From the human T2T-CHM13v2.0 reference genome, Homo sapiens, in the NCBI RefSeq assembly GCF_009914755.1, contig NC_060925.1: a stretch of DNA of 64,000 nt; one strand, given 5' to 3'. The notes under the pieces were generated by a model that saw only the letters and a program-made list of their open reading frames with translations, was not told the DNA's origin and made no database searches. Positions 1-14,920 of the stretch are shown here, piece after piece. The first letter of the stretch is position 1, and every line of letters starts with the position of its first letter. Position numbers and translations under genes: made by a program.

Positions 1-1728
1 ATCTCTTAAAAAGACTGGATAGGGAAGTTTGAACTCATGAGTTTATTTGCTGAAAAATTTATCTGGGGCTAGCATGGATATTCAAAGACATTCTACTGGC
101 TATGCTTTTTTTTAAGAAAAAGTCCTGTAATTCCCTTCTTAGTTGTCAAACAAGTTGAGCATTAAATACTTCATTAAACATGAGACATAATTTTAAGTTA
201 GACAACTTCATTCATTGCCGGGCTACATTCTCTGAGTACCTCCATGTACTAAACACTAAGGAATCGGCTGGGAGTGAACCACAGAGTGAAATATGAGGGT
301 TAGTGACCTTCCTACCTAATATGGGACATCTGTTCTCCCTGTCTGCCCCACTTCTCCCTCCTAGGCTCTCTAGAGCTAAGTGAACAACTCAAACAGGATT
401 TTTCATCTAACTGACCTCCCTGGCAACTTTTATTATCTCTTGCTGCTGGGAAGGCAAAGAAACAGAGCTTCGAAAATTACATGTTTCATGCTGGGGGAAA
501 TGTCATAGCTTCAACAGAGTTTTAAGATATTGGTAGGAAAATTGTTTTTTTGGAGAAAACTTCCATTTTTGAATGAGCAAAAATTATGCCTATTTGAGAA
601 TCTAAAATAATCAGGTAATCTTGGGCTAAAAAATAACACCATAAAATCTAATAGGTGTTTAAAGTTTTAACATAAAGTTCGCTCTACTTTCATTGCACGA
701 GCTTAGGCATACATCATTGATCACTGTGAGGAAAACATATATTAAGTTACTTAAATAAAAAATATGTCAGTTGATGTGACAGATTGTTTGTTTACTTGAA
801 TTGAAATGTATAAAACTTCACTGATGTTGTTGAAACCCAGAGCATTACCTGTTCCCCTTTCAGTTTCTGCTTTCAAGGAAAAATATAAAGTTATATTAAA
901 CCGACGCAAATTCTGTTTTCAAATACCTCTAGATATCCCAGTGTTGCTTAGGCTAAAGATTCTAAGAGTAATGAAATTGTATTCACTTCTTCCCCAAAAC
1001 ACTTATTTAAAAAAAATAAAGTGATATCAGATTAAGAAAATAAAATCACACCTTCTTGATGACATTTTTCAATTTTTTTGTTACATGCTCTATCTCCAGG
1101 AAGATTATGTAACATTAAACGATGAGAGAAAAGGTTTTCGACTTAGACTCACAGTCCAACCATAACATGCTTTTGTTTGCATGCTAATCTTTTGTGATTA
1201 GTTGTAGCACACAGCTCATTCTGAAAGAAAGTGGCCAATGTATGGTTTTAGAAATACTAGCATCCAAAAAAACACATTAGTAATGTCAAAATTCTTAAAG
1301 TAGTCATTGAAATAGACCATAAGCAGATTTGAGATACTAGGCTAACTGGAGAGCTGTGTACCAGCCCTGCTTAAATACTATTACTCAAACAGAATTATGA
1401 CCTCACACATTACATGTAAGTTAAAAAGAGTTTAGTTAATATAAAAGTCAATGAAAAGTATGAAATGTAAATATTAGCATATCTTTTACGTTTCTGCTGG
1501 ATTTTTGGACATAAACATAATTTTTAATTTGCCATAAAGATCTATAATTAGACATGTTCACAAGCCTGTTGGTCCATCTGACTCTGCTTAACTCCAGAAA
1601 AGAAGTCCTTGCTCATGCATTAGCGCATCCATTGGTTATATTTTAAAATTTGGAAGGAAGATGTTTAATGTTATTGTGCCCCTAATTTTTAAGTGACAGC
1701 AAATTGTATTCTCAATTACAATACTTAC

Positions 1729-1858
1729 AGCTGTTGCCTGCTCTATTACCCCTCTGTCCAGCTGAATGTTCTGGCTCCTTGTATGGAAACTGCAGAGTTG
1801 TATCTAAGGTTCTGAACCCTTCCTTGAGAGAATGATGCTTGTAGTACTCCACAAGTTC
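1729..1858 (-). CDS. VAV3: VAV3 coding exon (~exon 25), 130 nt, SH2 C-terminus and linker
   Basis: Acceptor TTTTTTCCAAAG|GAA and donor GCT|GTAAGT. Encodes ELVEYYKHHSLKEGFRTLDTTLQFPYKEPEHSAGQRGNRAGNS; phase 0 to 1. Confidence 0.97.
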
Positions 1859-3588
1859 CTTTGGAAAAAAGAATCCAACATATTTTTGATAAGGATACTT
1901 TTGTTCTCAAACACATGAACTCCTGAGCACATAAATACAATAAGGATGACCAATTTAATGCTAAATTTTCCATAGGTATATGGAAGATTAAGCAAATGAT
2001 AATCTCTCCCTGCTGTCTGGATGTACATGACACCTACCTAATAGCTGTCCTTGTTACTCAGGCCATTAATAATATGAGTTACCCCCTATTGTTATTCACA
2101 GATGGAGAACATCCTGTCTTCAGTCAGATGTAGCAAATGAAAAGAAACAATACTAAACCTCAGTTTCAGAGTAGTAATTATTGTTCTTATTTATGAAATA
2201 CTTGCCTTTCTAAACCAAAATAAAAGGAACAGCTGCTTGCTGAATATACAGCAATTTCTACTTTCCTGCACTTATTTTCTTTCAAAATGGCAGAAAAACA
2301 AACTTATGCTTTTTCGTGGTAAACAAAAGTTGATAAAGCACAAATGGTACTTGACACTGTTTTTAGTTTCTGATGAAGTATAGTACCTGTCATAGCTCCG
2401 CATATCTGCTACTCACAGAGGTCAATGTAATTCTTTCCAATTTTCTCTTATAAATAATTTGTCTTAAATACATCTAAACCTAATGTAATAACCACATGCC
2501 ATCCTTCAGACTATCGTTTCAGAAAATTTCACAGGTTGGTTTCATAGATTCTGCAGAAATCTGAATCTCTCTACTGTAAACTGAAACTGAATAATAATTC
2601 ACAATAAAAATGTATCTTATCATCAAATGAGTCCTGTAGATATAAAATTTCTTATAAATATCTGAAATGAAAATAAACGAAAAATCACTTTTAACTTAAT
2701 TATTCAATGTTTCTATTGGAGCGCCTTTTTAAAAATAAAAAATAAAAAAAAAAAAACAGAAAAAAAAACCACTTGTTTCTTCTAAAAATCCCACTGCCAT
2801 CAACTTAATATCTCTGTTCAGTGGTTATGTTCAAAGTTCCCCAGACAAATCAATGAGTCCAAAAATCAGTTGAAAGAAGAAAAAGAGAATCATCAATGAT
2901 TTATTATTTATGACAAAACTTGAGTATGTTGTGGAATGCACTGTACCAGGAGCTTCAGAGGTCACAGAGATTATAAAGATAAGCCTCCTGCCATTGAGGA
3001 ATTCTCATCTTGGAAGGGAAAGTTCAAAGGCAGGAGAGAGAACTTTGTTTTGTGTATCCAATGGGAAGGGTGACAGAAAGTTTTGTAATACAAGTAGCTT
3101 GGCTTAAACTGAAGAACTAGTAAAATTACAATAGCCAGGAACCAGGGAAAGATCATTTTAGGTAGAGCAGGCAGGCTGGAAACAGACATAAAGGTGATAA
3201 ACAAAGACCACCTTTCATAAGCTAAAAGCAGCATAGTTTGGCTAAAGCATTGGATAAGGGAAATGGCAATTTTTCAATCTCACCTATAAAATGGGGCTAA
3301 TAAACCATTTCACAGATGATAACAAAGAATATATAAAGTACCTAATACATGTGAAAAACTGTAACAGCTACCCCATTATCCCATGTGCCAGGCCCTTTAC
3401 ATGGCTCCTTATAACTTTCACTCAAGAACATTATGAAATGGGCCTTATTCCCATTGAAGCTCAAATATCAGTGAGGTGAGTGAACTTAGGCAAAGTCACA
3501 TAGCTAGCGCCTTTATCCAAAGTTTGTGCTCTTAACTGTATCATACTATTAGCAAATAGTGCCTAGCAAATGTAAATACAAAAACAAG

Positions 3589-3918
<330 letters not shown>

Positions 3919-4318
3919 AGGGAGGCAAAAGTGAAATAGTTTTTGCTATGTGTTCATGATGTACTAGGAACTTTGTTTTCTTAGACTTAAAATGTTAGGG
4001 TCTTCCAAATATTATATCTATAACTTGAAAAATATGTATTTCTTCCTTTCTTCCTTGGGCCCAGATAATGTGGGTCCTTGTTGAAGCAAGAAATTTGTAA
4101 TCAGACCGACCTTTAAAAGCAAAGAGAAAAAGAAACAAAAGACCATGTAGAAGTTTGTATCTCCAAAATGGTTTCAATGATCAGAATATGCATTTGTATT
4201 TTGGTGAATTTTAACATGTTTTGCGCAGACAAGGTATAGAATTAAATTCTACTTAGTGACCAATATTGCTATTCATTTTTTTAAAATATAAAGCAAAATT
4301 TTGTGAGGTCTCTGGAAT

Positions 4319-4340
4319 ACACACACACACACACACACAC
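4319..4340. repeat. (AC)11 microsatellite
   Basis: Read directly. Confidence 0.95.
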
Positions 4341-7300
4341 GTATACATAATGTCACTGATACAAACGATACCGAAGTTTCTCCTAGTCTTATTACTTAAA
4401 TTGAGTAAAATGTGTTATTTTCTTTAGCAAATGTGAAAACAAACTTGAAAGGAATTATAAGCCATAGCTTTGAACTTCAACGTAATTTTGTTATAGGTAA
4501 TATGAATTTTATGATTTTTGCTATGAATTACAATTTATGTGAATTTGGCTAGAAACCATAGAATTATCATACTGAAAAATGATTTGGTGATTATTTAATA
4601 CTCGCCCACCCCCAAATTTTATGGAAGAAAAAATGAGTTTTCCAAGGCCTAGGGTCATGCGGCTTACTTAGTAAGCTGCAAAACACTCTTTATCACTTCA
4701 CTAAGCATGGAAGATATTTTAGTTCCATTTTTACAGTCTTACGAGGGTAAATCTTCCTACATGTTTCTAACTGGGTAGAACTAAATAGTGTCACCATGGA
4801 TCTTTTCCAATTTGCCTTTATGCTTTCTGTATTTTAGTCTAATCCACCCCTGCCTTAACAGTCATTGACCTTCAGGTACAACAAGTAAATAAGAAGACTC
4901 TAAACAAAAGAAATCGCTAAGCTTTCCTTATCTCACACTGACACAGCAGTGTCAACAATTCAAGTCTCTTAAAAATAATGAGTGAGAGCCAGTCATTCCA
5001 ATTACCAAGGAAACAGGCAATGGAGATGGTTTATAAACAGCATTTGGACATGGACTGTCTCGCATACATGAAAATTAGAACAAAATTAATGCCTTGTAAT
5101 CTGGATACAGAAATTCATTTAGGATTTGAATTTAATGACTAAGAAAGACAAAGATTCTGATTAACCAAGCTATTGAAACTCAAGGGAAAAAGGTTAGGTC
5201 AAAACCACCTAAGGCCAATCTTCTCACTGAGAAACCAGTTAATTTAAAAGAAGCTCTGGAGTTTGCTTATGTTTTACACACTTTCCAGATTTAAATTTAA
5301 TTCCAGGCCCTATTGTGTTTCACAGATAGAAGAGTAAACTAATACCAATAACAAGAGGATACTGAACTATTCTTAAGAAACAACTCAAATCCACAGATCA
5401 CTCCTTACTTATAATAGACAAGTGTGTTATTTGACTCCAACATGATAAAAGGTAACTCCATGAAGTTTGTATGATCTTGATTTTGAGAAACCTTCACACC
5501 AATTAATCATCTTCTACCTCCTTCCAGAAGTTCAGGTTGCTAAAACATGAGCCATTCCTTCTGACCAAGTATCCATGTGGCATTTCCCAGCCTAGGTTCC
5601 AAGGACTGCTCTATGGTGAGGTTCTTGGTGTAGACGTATTTACTGATTCTTAAGCTTCTTTTTAGAATGGTTAAGTCCTTTTGAGTTCTCCAGAAAGTGA
5701 TTTCACATTGTAAGGACTCAATATAAATTTGCTCAACAAATGAACAGAAACAAAATGGAGGGGTAGCTTCAGATTAGTTCAGCTGCCTCTTCAGCAATTT
5801 TTATAGCTATTTACTAAACTTGATAAAAGCACTTTTCTGATATTGAGATTTTTTTTCCAGCTCCTTGTTTTTCTTTTCATAATTACATCCTTTGCTAATG
5901 TTTGTTAGTTTCATTTTGCTTTGCTAAAATTCTTAGTCCCTTCCCTTTAACACGCTGTGATACGTGCTTCCTTACAAAAGATGCCCAGATATGGAGAAGA
6001 AAACACATATGCACGTGTCTCTAATAGTGGCATTGCTGAGATTTTATACATAACATATAAGAAAAGCTTACTTTAGTCCTGTGACAAGTACTTTTAGTTA
6101 TTTTTCCAGAGAATATCATTGTAGAAACTTTTAAGGCTCTCTGGCACAATTTTTTTTTAATGCTGGGTCTCTATTGCTTTCACTATAATCACAGCTTTTA
6201 CATGCAGATAGGAACTCATGTATCTATGTCTACCAATCCAGGTCACTGTGGTATTACTGGCTTTTCACATCTAACCTTGGCTTCTGAAGAACTGCCTTGA
6301 GCTGAACCCAGGTGACACAAAGCTAAATTGATTGGCCCTTTTCAGTGACGATTCCTTTCATCTTCTTTGCTTGTCTCCTCTGATGGGAGTTACTTTTGCT
6401 ACTTTCAAAGTCTGCAAGGCTGGCAGTTATCTTTGGCTCTGCAGCAGTTTTTTAAGTCCCATAGTAACTATAACACTGTGGAGCAGCCTCATTACCATCC
6501 AAGGAAGTTCTGCAGGTGAAAGCTCAAGCTGGTACGTCTTGCAGAGATGTGGAGAGCCCCTGTGCGTGCTTTTATCATGTCTCAGCTGTGTCTGTCATTC
6601 ATTATTTGTGCATCCACTTGCCACCTCCCTCCAAGTTTTCATTTTATGAAGAACCTCCTCTGGTCCAATTCTCTCTGTGCTCAGCCTGCTTGTTTCAACA
6701 GAATGTAAGTTACTTCCAGCAGGGAGGATGCCTGGATCTTGGTTACAAATTTGACAGAGTTTACATTTTCCAGGACACGACCTTGCTGCCCATCCTTAGC
6801 TTTTGAACTGGGAATGATCTTTACATCCATAGAGATTTTCTTATTTTTCTTTCAACTCAAGATGCTTCAATTTCTTTAAAACACTGACACCTGCCTTGAA
6901 GCAGTTCTACATTTTTGGATAAGGCATTCAAGCTGGCCTATTTTGTAAGGCTCCCTTACACTCAGTTTAACTTTAATGTTAACATCTGCAAAGTGCTTTG
7001 AGATGTTTTCTGGAAGGATGCAGTATGTATCATTTGATTGATGGTTCATTCAATGAGTGGTCCTTCCCAATGTTACTCAAGGTACTTAGCAGTACAAATG
7101 CATCTTATGTCCTATATCCAAACTCTTCATTATCTCAGAAACTACCAAACTTGAGAAACATACTTGAGACCACTTAAGGAAATGTGAATTTAGAGTTTAC
7201 TGTTAGCAACGCATACATGATGATATATACACATTGTTTAAATGACATACACAAAATATTCTTATATGCTAACAAAAGTATGAATAAGTTCTATTTTTTT

Positions 7301-7913
7301 TAAACTGGGAATAATCCTTATTCATTTGATGTGATTTGACAATATACTATTTCCATTTAAATATACAATTCCTATGAAATATCAACTGTTAAGTGGCAAA
7401 AATGTTACCTTGTTAATGCATAATTATCTAAGGTAATGAATGAGAACCATGGTAGAGATCACTTAAAATAGCAAAAAATACAAAAATCTTTTCAATTTGA
7501 CTTTATATTGCATTTTATAAAAAATGAACCTAAATGTTAGACATATTTTACTAATTACAACTTTTTGTGTTATAATTTAAAATACTGTCCTCTGCCTGAA
7601 TCAGGACATAGAGGCAAAGGAAGAAAAAAAGAGGAAAGAAAGGTATATTTAAAATCTGCTGTATCATTTAAACACAAACCAAAACTCTATCTAAACCTGC
7701 AAACAATTTACAATGAAGATTACGATTCGAGCAATATAAAACTTAGAGATTTATAAATTAGAATTTTCAGGATTTTGTTGCAAAATTAGAATATGATTAT
7801 CTTTAAATAACTTTTCAGTGAGCAAAATTTCCAAGAAACTATAGAATTAAAATGACCTTTCTAACAAAAGAAAAATAAGGATCCCAGATTGAAAAGAAAT
7901 AATCAATGCTTAC

Positions 7914-8001
7914 CATTAAACTTTTAAATTTTCTATTTTCTGCAATGTGAAAAAAGCCATCTCTTGTTAAAATCTTGATGTGCTTTGCTTCATTATTGTA
8001 C
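7914..8001 (-). CDS. VAV3: VAV3 coding exon (~exon 24), 88 nt, SH2 middle
   Basis: Acceptor CCCACAG|G and donor ATG|GTAAGC. Encodes (K)YNNEAKHIKILTRDGFFHIAENRKFKSLM; phase 2 to 0. Confidence 0.97.
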
Positions 8002-8563
8002 CTGTGGGCAATGAATAACTTATGAATATAAATGTGTTTTTAATCAGTAGAAATCAATAATTACCAGAGGGCATGCCCCAATAACATTTTAGGAATTAAT
8101 TCTGCAGACAAAAATATATACCTATGCCAATACACTGGTGACAGCTAATTAACAAAATATATTTACTGGATTGGTTGAGGATACAACCAATATTTGAAGT
8201 GAGAAGGGAGGTTGGATTTGACTATTCATTATGCACAATTTATTAAGTTCAGTTTGAGAATATAGAAAAATAAGACAAAAATCTAGAAATTTATACTGTT
8301 AGTATTTACTAGAAATATACACACATCAAACCACCAAAACACAATATTATGAAAGAAATCTAATATGCCAATTAGCAACCTATAACACTTTTTACTGTTT
8401 TTCAAAGATATATTTTCAAGTATTAATGAACTGTCTGGATAGATGCATTATTTCTCCTTCAATTAGAACTTTGGTTTTCACCTTCAGTGTTATACATGTC
8501 AGATGGTCTATGCAATTATGAAAACAGGAAATCTATTTCTGTAAAAGTACTTGTCCTACTTAC

Positions 8564-8680
8564 TTAATGCTAATTGCATATTCTCCTGACTCTTTGGTCC
8601 TGTGCCTCACAAGGTAAGTACTATTTACCCTATTAATAAGTTCGGTCTCTGCTTGCAATCTTTCCATTGCTCCAGCATAC
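8564..8680 (-). CDS. VAV3: VAV3 coding exon (~exon 23), 117 nt, SH2 N-terminal half
   Basis: Acceptor TTTTTTACAG|G and donor TAA|GTAAGT. Encodes (W)YAGAMERLQAETELINRVNSTYLVRHRTKESGEYAISI(K), including the FLVR-equivalent YLVR motif; phase 2 to 2. Confidence 0.97.
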
Positions 8681-9325
8681 CTGTAAAAAACAATGACACA
8701 GAAAATTTGGATAATATACCTGGAAGAGAACAGAGGCTAAAAGTAAGTATCTCTCAATATTTAATTTAGTGGCAGATCTGAGCTGTTGGTAATTCTATAC
8801 TAATTACATTGTTTAAGAAAAATAAATCAGAAAAAGGTCCTTTAATACGTCCAAACACAAATGCTCTACAAAACTAACAACAGCAAAATGAACAATGCCT
8901 AATACCCACTAAGCACCTAGTAAATAAATGGGACACAGAGGAGTCAGTGGGTATTGGGTAAAAAGACAGTTGTGGGGAGCTTAGGGACAGGAAGGAAAAA
9001 GACTTGTAGGGAGAAACTGCCCTGTATAAGATACACAGACACATTTATTTTAGCTTTTCTATATATACTATGAAATGAAATCTCCTTTAAGTATCTTTTT
9101 AAAGAAAATTCTAGCAATAAGTTATTTTAAATAGTTTTTTGTTATGAGATTAATTCATTCGTCCACAATTTTGATAAATTTTCTTAAGCAATTAGTAATA
9201 ATGAGTAAAATTTACTTTTAAAAGGTAGATTTTTTTTTTTGCATAGAAAGAACATTTCTCATTCTCTTTATTTGCTAAATACAGGCAAGCCCAAAGCAAT
9301 GCAGTCTATTTAACATGCTAGTAAC

Positions 9326-9468
9326 TTTTTTTTTTTTTTTGAGACAGAGCTTCTCTCTCTTGCCCAGGCTGGAGTGCATGGCACCATCCCAGCTGCCTGC
9401 AACCTCCGCCTCCTGGGTTCAAGGGAGGCCTGTGCCTCAGCCTCCCAAGTAGTTGATACCACCGGTGT
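9326..9468 (-). mobile_element. Alu right-arm fragment
   Basis: poly-T then gagacagag...gcccaggctggagtgca...gcctcagcctcccaagtag; the left arm is absent. Confidence 0.9.
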
Positions 9469-10707
9469 GGTTGATATTTTTCAAAACCAGAATTCAATCT
9501 CCCTAGACTTTGCTGGCCTTAAACATACAGAAACTCCATAATAACTGTAATAATAAAAGGCCAAAATTCAATCTTAAAATAATCTTTAATGACCCCTCAA
9601 ATCATACATAGGTGTAAAATCTCCTGGCAAGTTACATCAGAGATTTTAGTCAATAGAACTTAAAAGAAAAATTCTGTTTAGATTGGTTCTCTTTCAAAGC
9701 TAGTCAATAATTAATGTATCCGAAAATCCTCTGATTCACATATAGACCCACGTAACTTTGTATAAACATCCACCTGTAATGCAAACTTAATATTCATTTA
9801 AAACGCACATGACAGGCATTCAGCAAAAGTTTGTTGATGGAGGACATGTTAGGTTTCCATCTAGTATAAAAGAGGAACTAAAGGCATTTTATGCAGATGG
9901 TACCTTGCGTTAAAAGAAAAGTTATAACAACTCATGAACTACTAGGACCTAGTATAATCTGACTCATGCCTACCTCTCTTCAACCTTATCTCTTACATCT
10001 ACCTTCATCACTAGTCTCCAGCCTTCTTTCAGATCCAGGAGTTTCTCAAGCTCCTTTTGCGCTTAGGGTCTTCTCACAGACTGCACTCTTGTCTGGAAAC
10101 ACTCATACCCTATCAACACAATATTCCTTCTCATTGTTAAGGTTTAGAGGGGTCTTCTCTGACCATACCATCTAAAGAATGTTGTCCTGCATCTTGTACT
10201 ACCTACTCCATTATTCTCATTACAGTATTCCTATTTTTGTGGCACTTATCACAATTAGTATTGAGTGTATGCATTTTTATCAAAGCTATGCATTAATATA
10301 GTTTTAAAAGTCCATTCACATTATAATAATGAAAAAGCAGCAGTATTCCATCAGACCAGCATTCTACTCCAAGTTCCCTTTCAAACACTGTACCTATTTT
10401 TTATTTCTACTTGTGTATTTCTAAACAATTATATGACAATTTCTTATCAATTTTAAACATAAGGAAGGAAAACCATCTTCTTCCTGCCACCTGTGCTCAC
10501 TCCTTTATAGTGCTGTTCCTCACTCTTGTCTTTCTGTAACCTCTACAAAGCCAAGCTGTCATCTGGCCTAGTTTTGGCAGGGTGTTCATTCAAAGAATAT
10601 CTGCCCTCCAAAATAAAATTGCTCATGTTTTTGTTTGTTCAAGTTCTCTGTCTCTATCACAGATTCTTTCCAAATATACCTCCCAAAAATACATTTTTCA
10701 ACAACAT

Positions 10708-11443
10708 TGCTATGGTTTGAATGTCCCCTTAAAACCCATGTTGAAATTTAAGTATTGTTATAAGAGTATTGAAAGGTAGAATCCTTAAAAAGTGATTAGG
10801 TCACGGGGGCTCTGCCCTCATGAGTGGATTAATGACCTTATCATAGGAGTGGTTAGCTATCTTTGGAGTAGGTTCCTGATAAAAAGAATGAGTTCATCCA
10901 CTACTCTCTCTCTGTCTCTCCCACTGCTTCCTCGCTTTGTGATATCTCCTGCCATGTTATTATGCAATGAGAAGGCCCTCACCAGATGCAGCCCCTCGAT
11001 TTTGGACTGCCCAACTTTTAGAACCATGAGACAAATAAATATATCTTCTTTATAAGTTAACCAATCTCTGTGGTATTCTACTATACACGTTGAGCATCTC
11101 TAATCTTAAAATCTGAAATTCAGAAACCTCCAAAATCTGAAACTTTCTGAGAGTCAGCATGTTTCCACTAAAATGCAGATTATAGTCAAAATGCAGTCGA
11201 AACTTTGCTTCATGCACAAAATTTAAAATATTACATAAAATTACCTTCAGGCTTTGTGTATAAGATATATATAAAACATAAATAAATTTTGTGTTTACAC
11301 TTGGGTTCCATCCTGAATATATCTCATGATGTTTATGCAAATATTCCAAAATCTGAAAAAATCTGAAATTCAAAACACTTCCGGTCCCAAGCATTTTGAA
11401 TAAGGGATACTCAACCTATAGCTGCATTAATTGAATTAAGACA
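10708..11443 (+). mobile_element. MaLR solo LTR (MST family), interrupted by a Tigger4-type MITE
   Basis: Starts tgctatggtttgaatgtcccc, contains gaaggccctcaccagatgcagcccctcgat, and its terminal ...aattaagaca resumes after the MITE. Confidence 0.85.
11086..11418. mobile_element. Tigger4/MER46-type MITE (TcMar)
   Basis: Terminal inverted repeats ca(c/g)gttgagcatctctaat...ataagggatactcaacct, flanked by TA at 11084-85 and 11419-20. Confidence 0.88.
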
Positions 11444-11699
11444 ACCACATAATCTACCTGTTAATTTTCTCTGGAGCCTTTTCTTCTGAGCCCTCCACGC
11501 TCTTCTAATTGATACTGCTTGCTCTACTAAGCCTGTTGAATTACTGTAGTCCTGGGACTTCTCTTTGCTCCCCTTTCCTGGCTTCTATATCTCCCTCTTC
11601 CTTGATTTACTAGCTCATCCTTCAGCTTTTTCTAAACATACACAGGATGTAACACTCTAAAGTCCCACATCTATGAAAATATTTTATTTTACCTAGTAA

Positions 11700-12460
11700 T
11701 TCATAGTTTGGCTATGAATATTATTGCAATATTCATAGTTTGGTTATTGGGTAAAGAATTCTAGGTGAGAAATTATTTTGCCTCTCAAATATTAATACAT
11801 TGATTCATTGTCTTCTAATTTCCATTCAATACCATTTCTAATTCTTTGTATGTTGCCTGATTTTTTTCTCCCTAGAAACCTTCAAATTCTTTCTGTATTC
11901 TCTATATACTGCAAAATTTCGTGATAATGTGTTTTTTATATTGTCCTTGCCTTTCAGAAGTATCTTCAATTTGGAGCCACATGTCCTTCGGTTCTGAGAA
12001 ATTTCTGTATCATTTCTTTGATAATTGCTGCCCTTGGTTTTCTCTTTCTGGAATTCCTGCTACTTGAATGCTGTATCCCCTGGGTCAACAGTCTAGCTTC
12101 CATATAGCTTCTCTCATATTATCCATCTCTGACTTTTTGGAAGATTTGCTAAACTTTATTTCCCAAGTCTTCTATAATATTTAACTTATAAGAGCTCCTT
12201 TTTATTTTGACTGTTTTCTAAAACATTGAGCTTACTTCCAATGAACTTAAGTTTTCTCTTAATTTTGAAGATGTAAATAAAAGTTTTTTTAAGGTGTCTG
12301 CTCACTCCAATGGTTTCTTCTTTTTTTTTTTTTTTTTTTTTTTTTAGTTCAAGGGTTTCCTCAAATGTATGGTTACTCTTTGTTGTTTGTTACTTAAGAA
12401 GGATGCATCCACAATTGACTGGAAACTCTGTGTGTGTGAGCACCAAAATAGGTCCACTGG
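11700..12460 (-). mobile_element. Old L1 (L1M) fragment, approximate bounds
   Basis: T-rich degenerate antisense L1-like sequence (ttcaattttgg...ctgagaaatttc...tttctttgataatt). Confidence 0.5.
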
Positions 12461-12474
12461 GTAGGAGTCTGATC

Positions 12475-12768
12475 TTTTTTTTTTTTTTTAAGATGAAATC
12501 TCACACTGTCACCCGGGCTGGTGTGCAGTGGTGTGATCTCGGCTGCCTGCAACCTCCACCTCCAGGGTTCAAGTGATTCTCCTGCCTCAGCCTCCCGAGT
12601 AGCTAGGATTACAGGCACCCACAACCACGCCCAGCTAATTTTTTGTATTTTTAGTAGAGATGGGGTTTCACTATGTTCCAGGCTGGTCTTGAACTCCTGA
12701 CCTCATGATCCGCCCACTTCGGCCTCCCAAAGTGCAGGGATTACAGGCACGAGTCAACACGCCCAGCT
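12475..12768 (-). mobile_element. Alu (AluS), full length, with TSD
   Basis: Full dimer; TSD gagtctgatc at 12465-12474 and 12769-12778. Confidence 0.96.
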
Positions 12769-14514
12769 GAGTCTGATCATTTGACAAGAACCTGAAGACT
12801 GAGCTGGGAAACACCCAAAGGTCTGGATTTTAGATTTTTAACTCTATTTCGTTTCTTTGGCCAAAAATCTTCCAAATTCCTGTCTGAATACCAAGACAGG
12901 GTAGTATGTGTATATGGGACCCAGCTGTCACAGTGCTGAAACTGAGCTACACAAGAGAACTGGAGAGCATCATCACTCAGTATACAGAGCCCTCTGTTTT
13001 CACTATGGCATCTCCCCAGTCTCTGCTAGGCTTGATCTTTCCAAATCTAGGCCCTACATGGTTCACCTTTTCCACATAATATACCTTCTAACTCCAGTGT
13101 CTCCTGCCACTGCAGGAAAGGGCAATTTGTCCGGACTACCATGGGAAAAGGCAGGGACCCTGACATCTATCTCTTGTTCTGCATACAGATTTTAGGATAG
13201 TTCCCCAGTTTGCAGTCCCAAATCTCATTCCTATCTTTTGATACCCCGAAACATAGATTATTGAAGACAATCATCTTAATTTTCTATTTTATTTCATTCT
13301 GTATGCAAGAGACAAAATTTACCTTGTGCAAACAACTTACTTTTAAATGTAGAAATAATGAGTAGATAATATAGTTGGTGATACTTAACTTCTCAGTGAC
13401 TTGAGAACTACCATGCCATCAAGCAAAGTAATTTTCTCTAAATAGTTTAGTATTTCTAAAATTGAAGGTTCTATTTTCTGGGGGAGTTGATCATTTTGTT
13501 CCCTAGCAGAAGACATTTCACATCAAACTGCCTGCTTAGTTTAAATAGATTGTCCAGGTTGCTCAAGAAAAAAAGAAAAGTAATTTAAAATTCTACTACA
13601 TCTTTATTTCTTCCTATTTTCAAGGCTCTCCCTTTGCCTGAACATCTTGCTTTTATAAGAATAATATTATTCTAACTGGTCATATTTTCAGTAGGATTTT
13701 ACATATTGGCAAGGGTGCATTTTAAAACTAAGGGTACAAAACCTACCTTCGGGTGCCCTGAATGGTTCTTAGGTACCTAATAAGTTTATTTCATAAAATC
13801 CATGCAGTTTGAGGTATTAGCATTTTATCTCTCAAATCATTACCTTTGTAACTATAATGCCCAGTTACATGAAAAATGGTATAAGAGAAGAAACCTAATC
13901 ATCACACTTTCAAGATTTTTAACAGTTCCTGATGTTTTTCAGTTTGATTATCAATGCTATCAGCTCTAGACCTCAAATTAAATTTCTTTCAGGACTATAG
14001 TTTAAAATTCCACAGACACTAATGACTTCAAATTGTCTTCAATCAGGTAAAAATGAAGCACATTCCCAGTTCTATCACAAACCTGCCACAATTTCTTCAG
14101 CAAGCTCAGTGCTGAGGCCCAGGGAGGGATATCAGGAAGGGTAGACAGTAACTACAGAAGGCAGAGTGACTGCCAGAGGAGGGAAGGTGGAGGAGGGCCC
14201 GAGGAGAGTCCCATACATTGCACAGTGGATTCCTACACTTTGAAAAGTAACTCAGCATTTTCCATGCTTTTGTTATAGAACAGAAAATAATCAGAACATG
14301 TAAAAAATATCAGATAACTCACATGGTAACATGCAAACCCAACTAGTACTATATATTCCCAGGATATTATATTTATATATGTATTCTGATATCTCATTTC
14401 TATGCATGTATTTTAATACCAATAAATTAAAAATAGATTCAGTCTTTTTAAGAGAAGTCAAACACAAAATTCAGGAAAACAAATAGAAATGAGTAATGTG
14501 TTCACATTCTGCAT

Positions 14515-14720
14515 TTTGGGGGCAGTATAGCAATGTACAGATGGCATAACTTGGAATTCTGGCTTTACCACTCACTAGTTGCATGCTCTGTTTCTTTGTT
14601 TCTTCACCCATAAAAAATAACAACAGTCACCACCACTTTTCTTATATAAATGTTGAAGAAATAAAACAAAACATGTACAGTACAAAGCATATATAGTAAA
14701 TACTCAGTATATATTAGTTA
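14515..14720 (+). mobile_element. MIR
   Basis: ggcagtatagcaatg...ctggctttaccactcactagttgcatg...tttcttcacccataaaa...atagtaaatactcagtatatattagtta. Confidence 0.6.
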
Positions 14721-14920
14721 TTATGACATCATGACTATACTAAATCCTAAACATATTTTTTAATAGTTGGAGATATCTAGAAAATAATAATTACTATCCA
14801 TTACACTTCCTAGGTTTTGTTAATGATACTGTCAGCCTCCAAGTGGTAAGGGTGCCCCATCCTTATATTTTGTTGCTCTCATATGTTGTAAATTTTATTT
14901 TTAGAAGCTACTAGTGTCAA

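Noticed and set aside
1746-2033. 95-aa and 74-aa minus-strand ORFs overlapping exon 25
   Set aside because: They are in different frames from the VAV3 exon, start in intronic sequence and resemble no known protein.
6332-6806. Overlapping 105-aa and 96-aa plus-strand ORFs
   Set aside because: Non-ATG starts, no recognisable domain, and lengths expected by chance.
11699-11743. 13-bp direct repeat attcatagtttgg
   Set aside because: Small slippage duplication within or next to degenerate L1 sequence; no functional indication.
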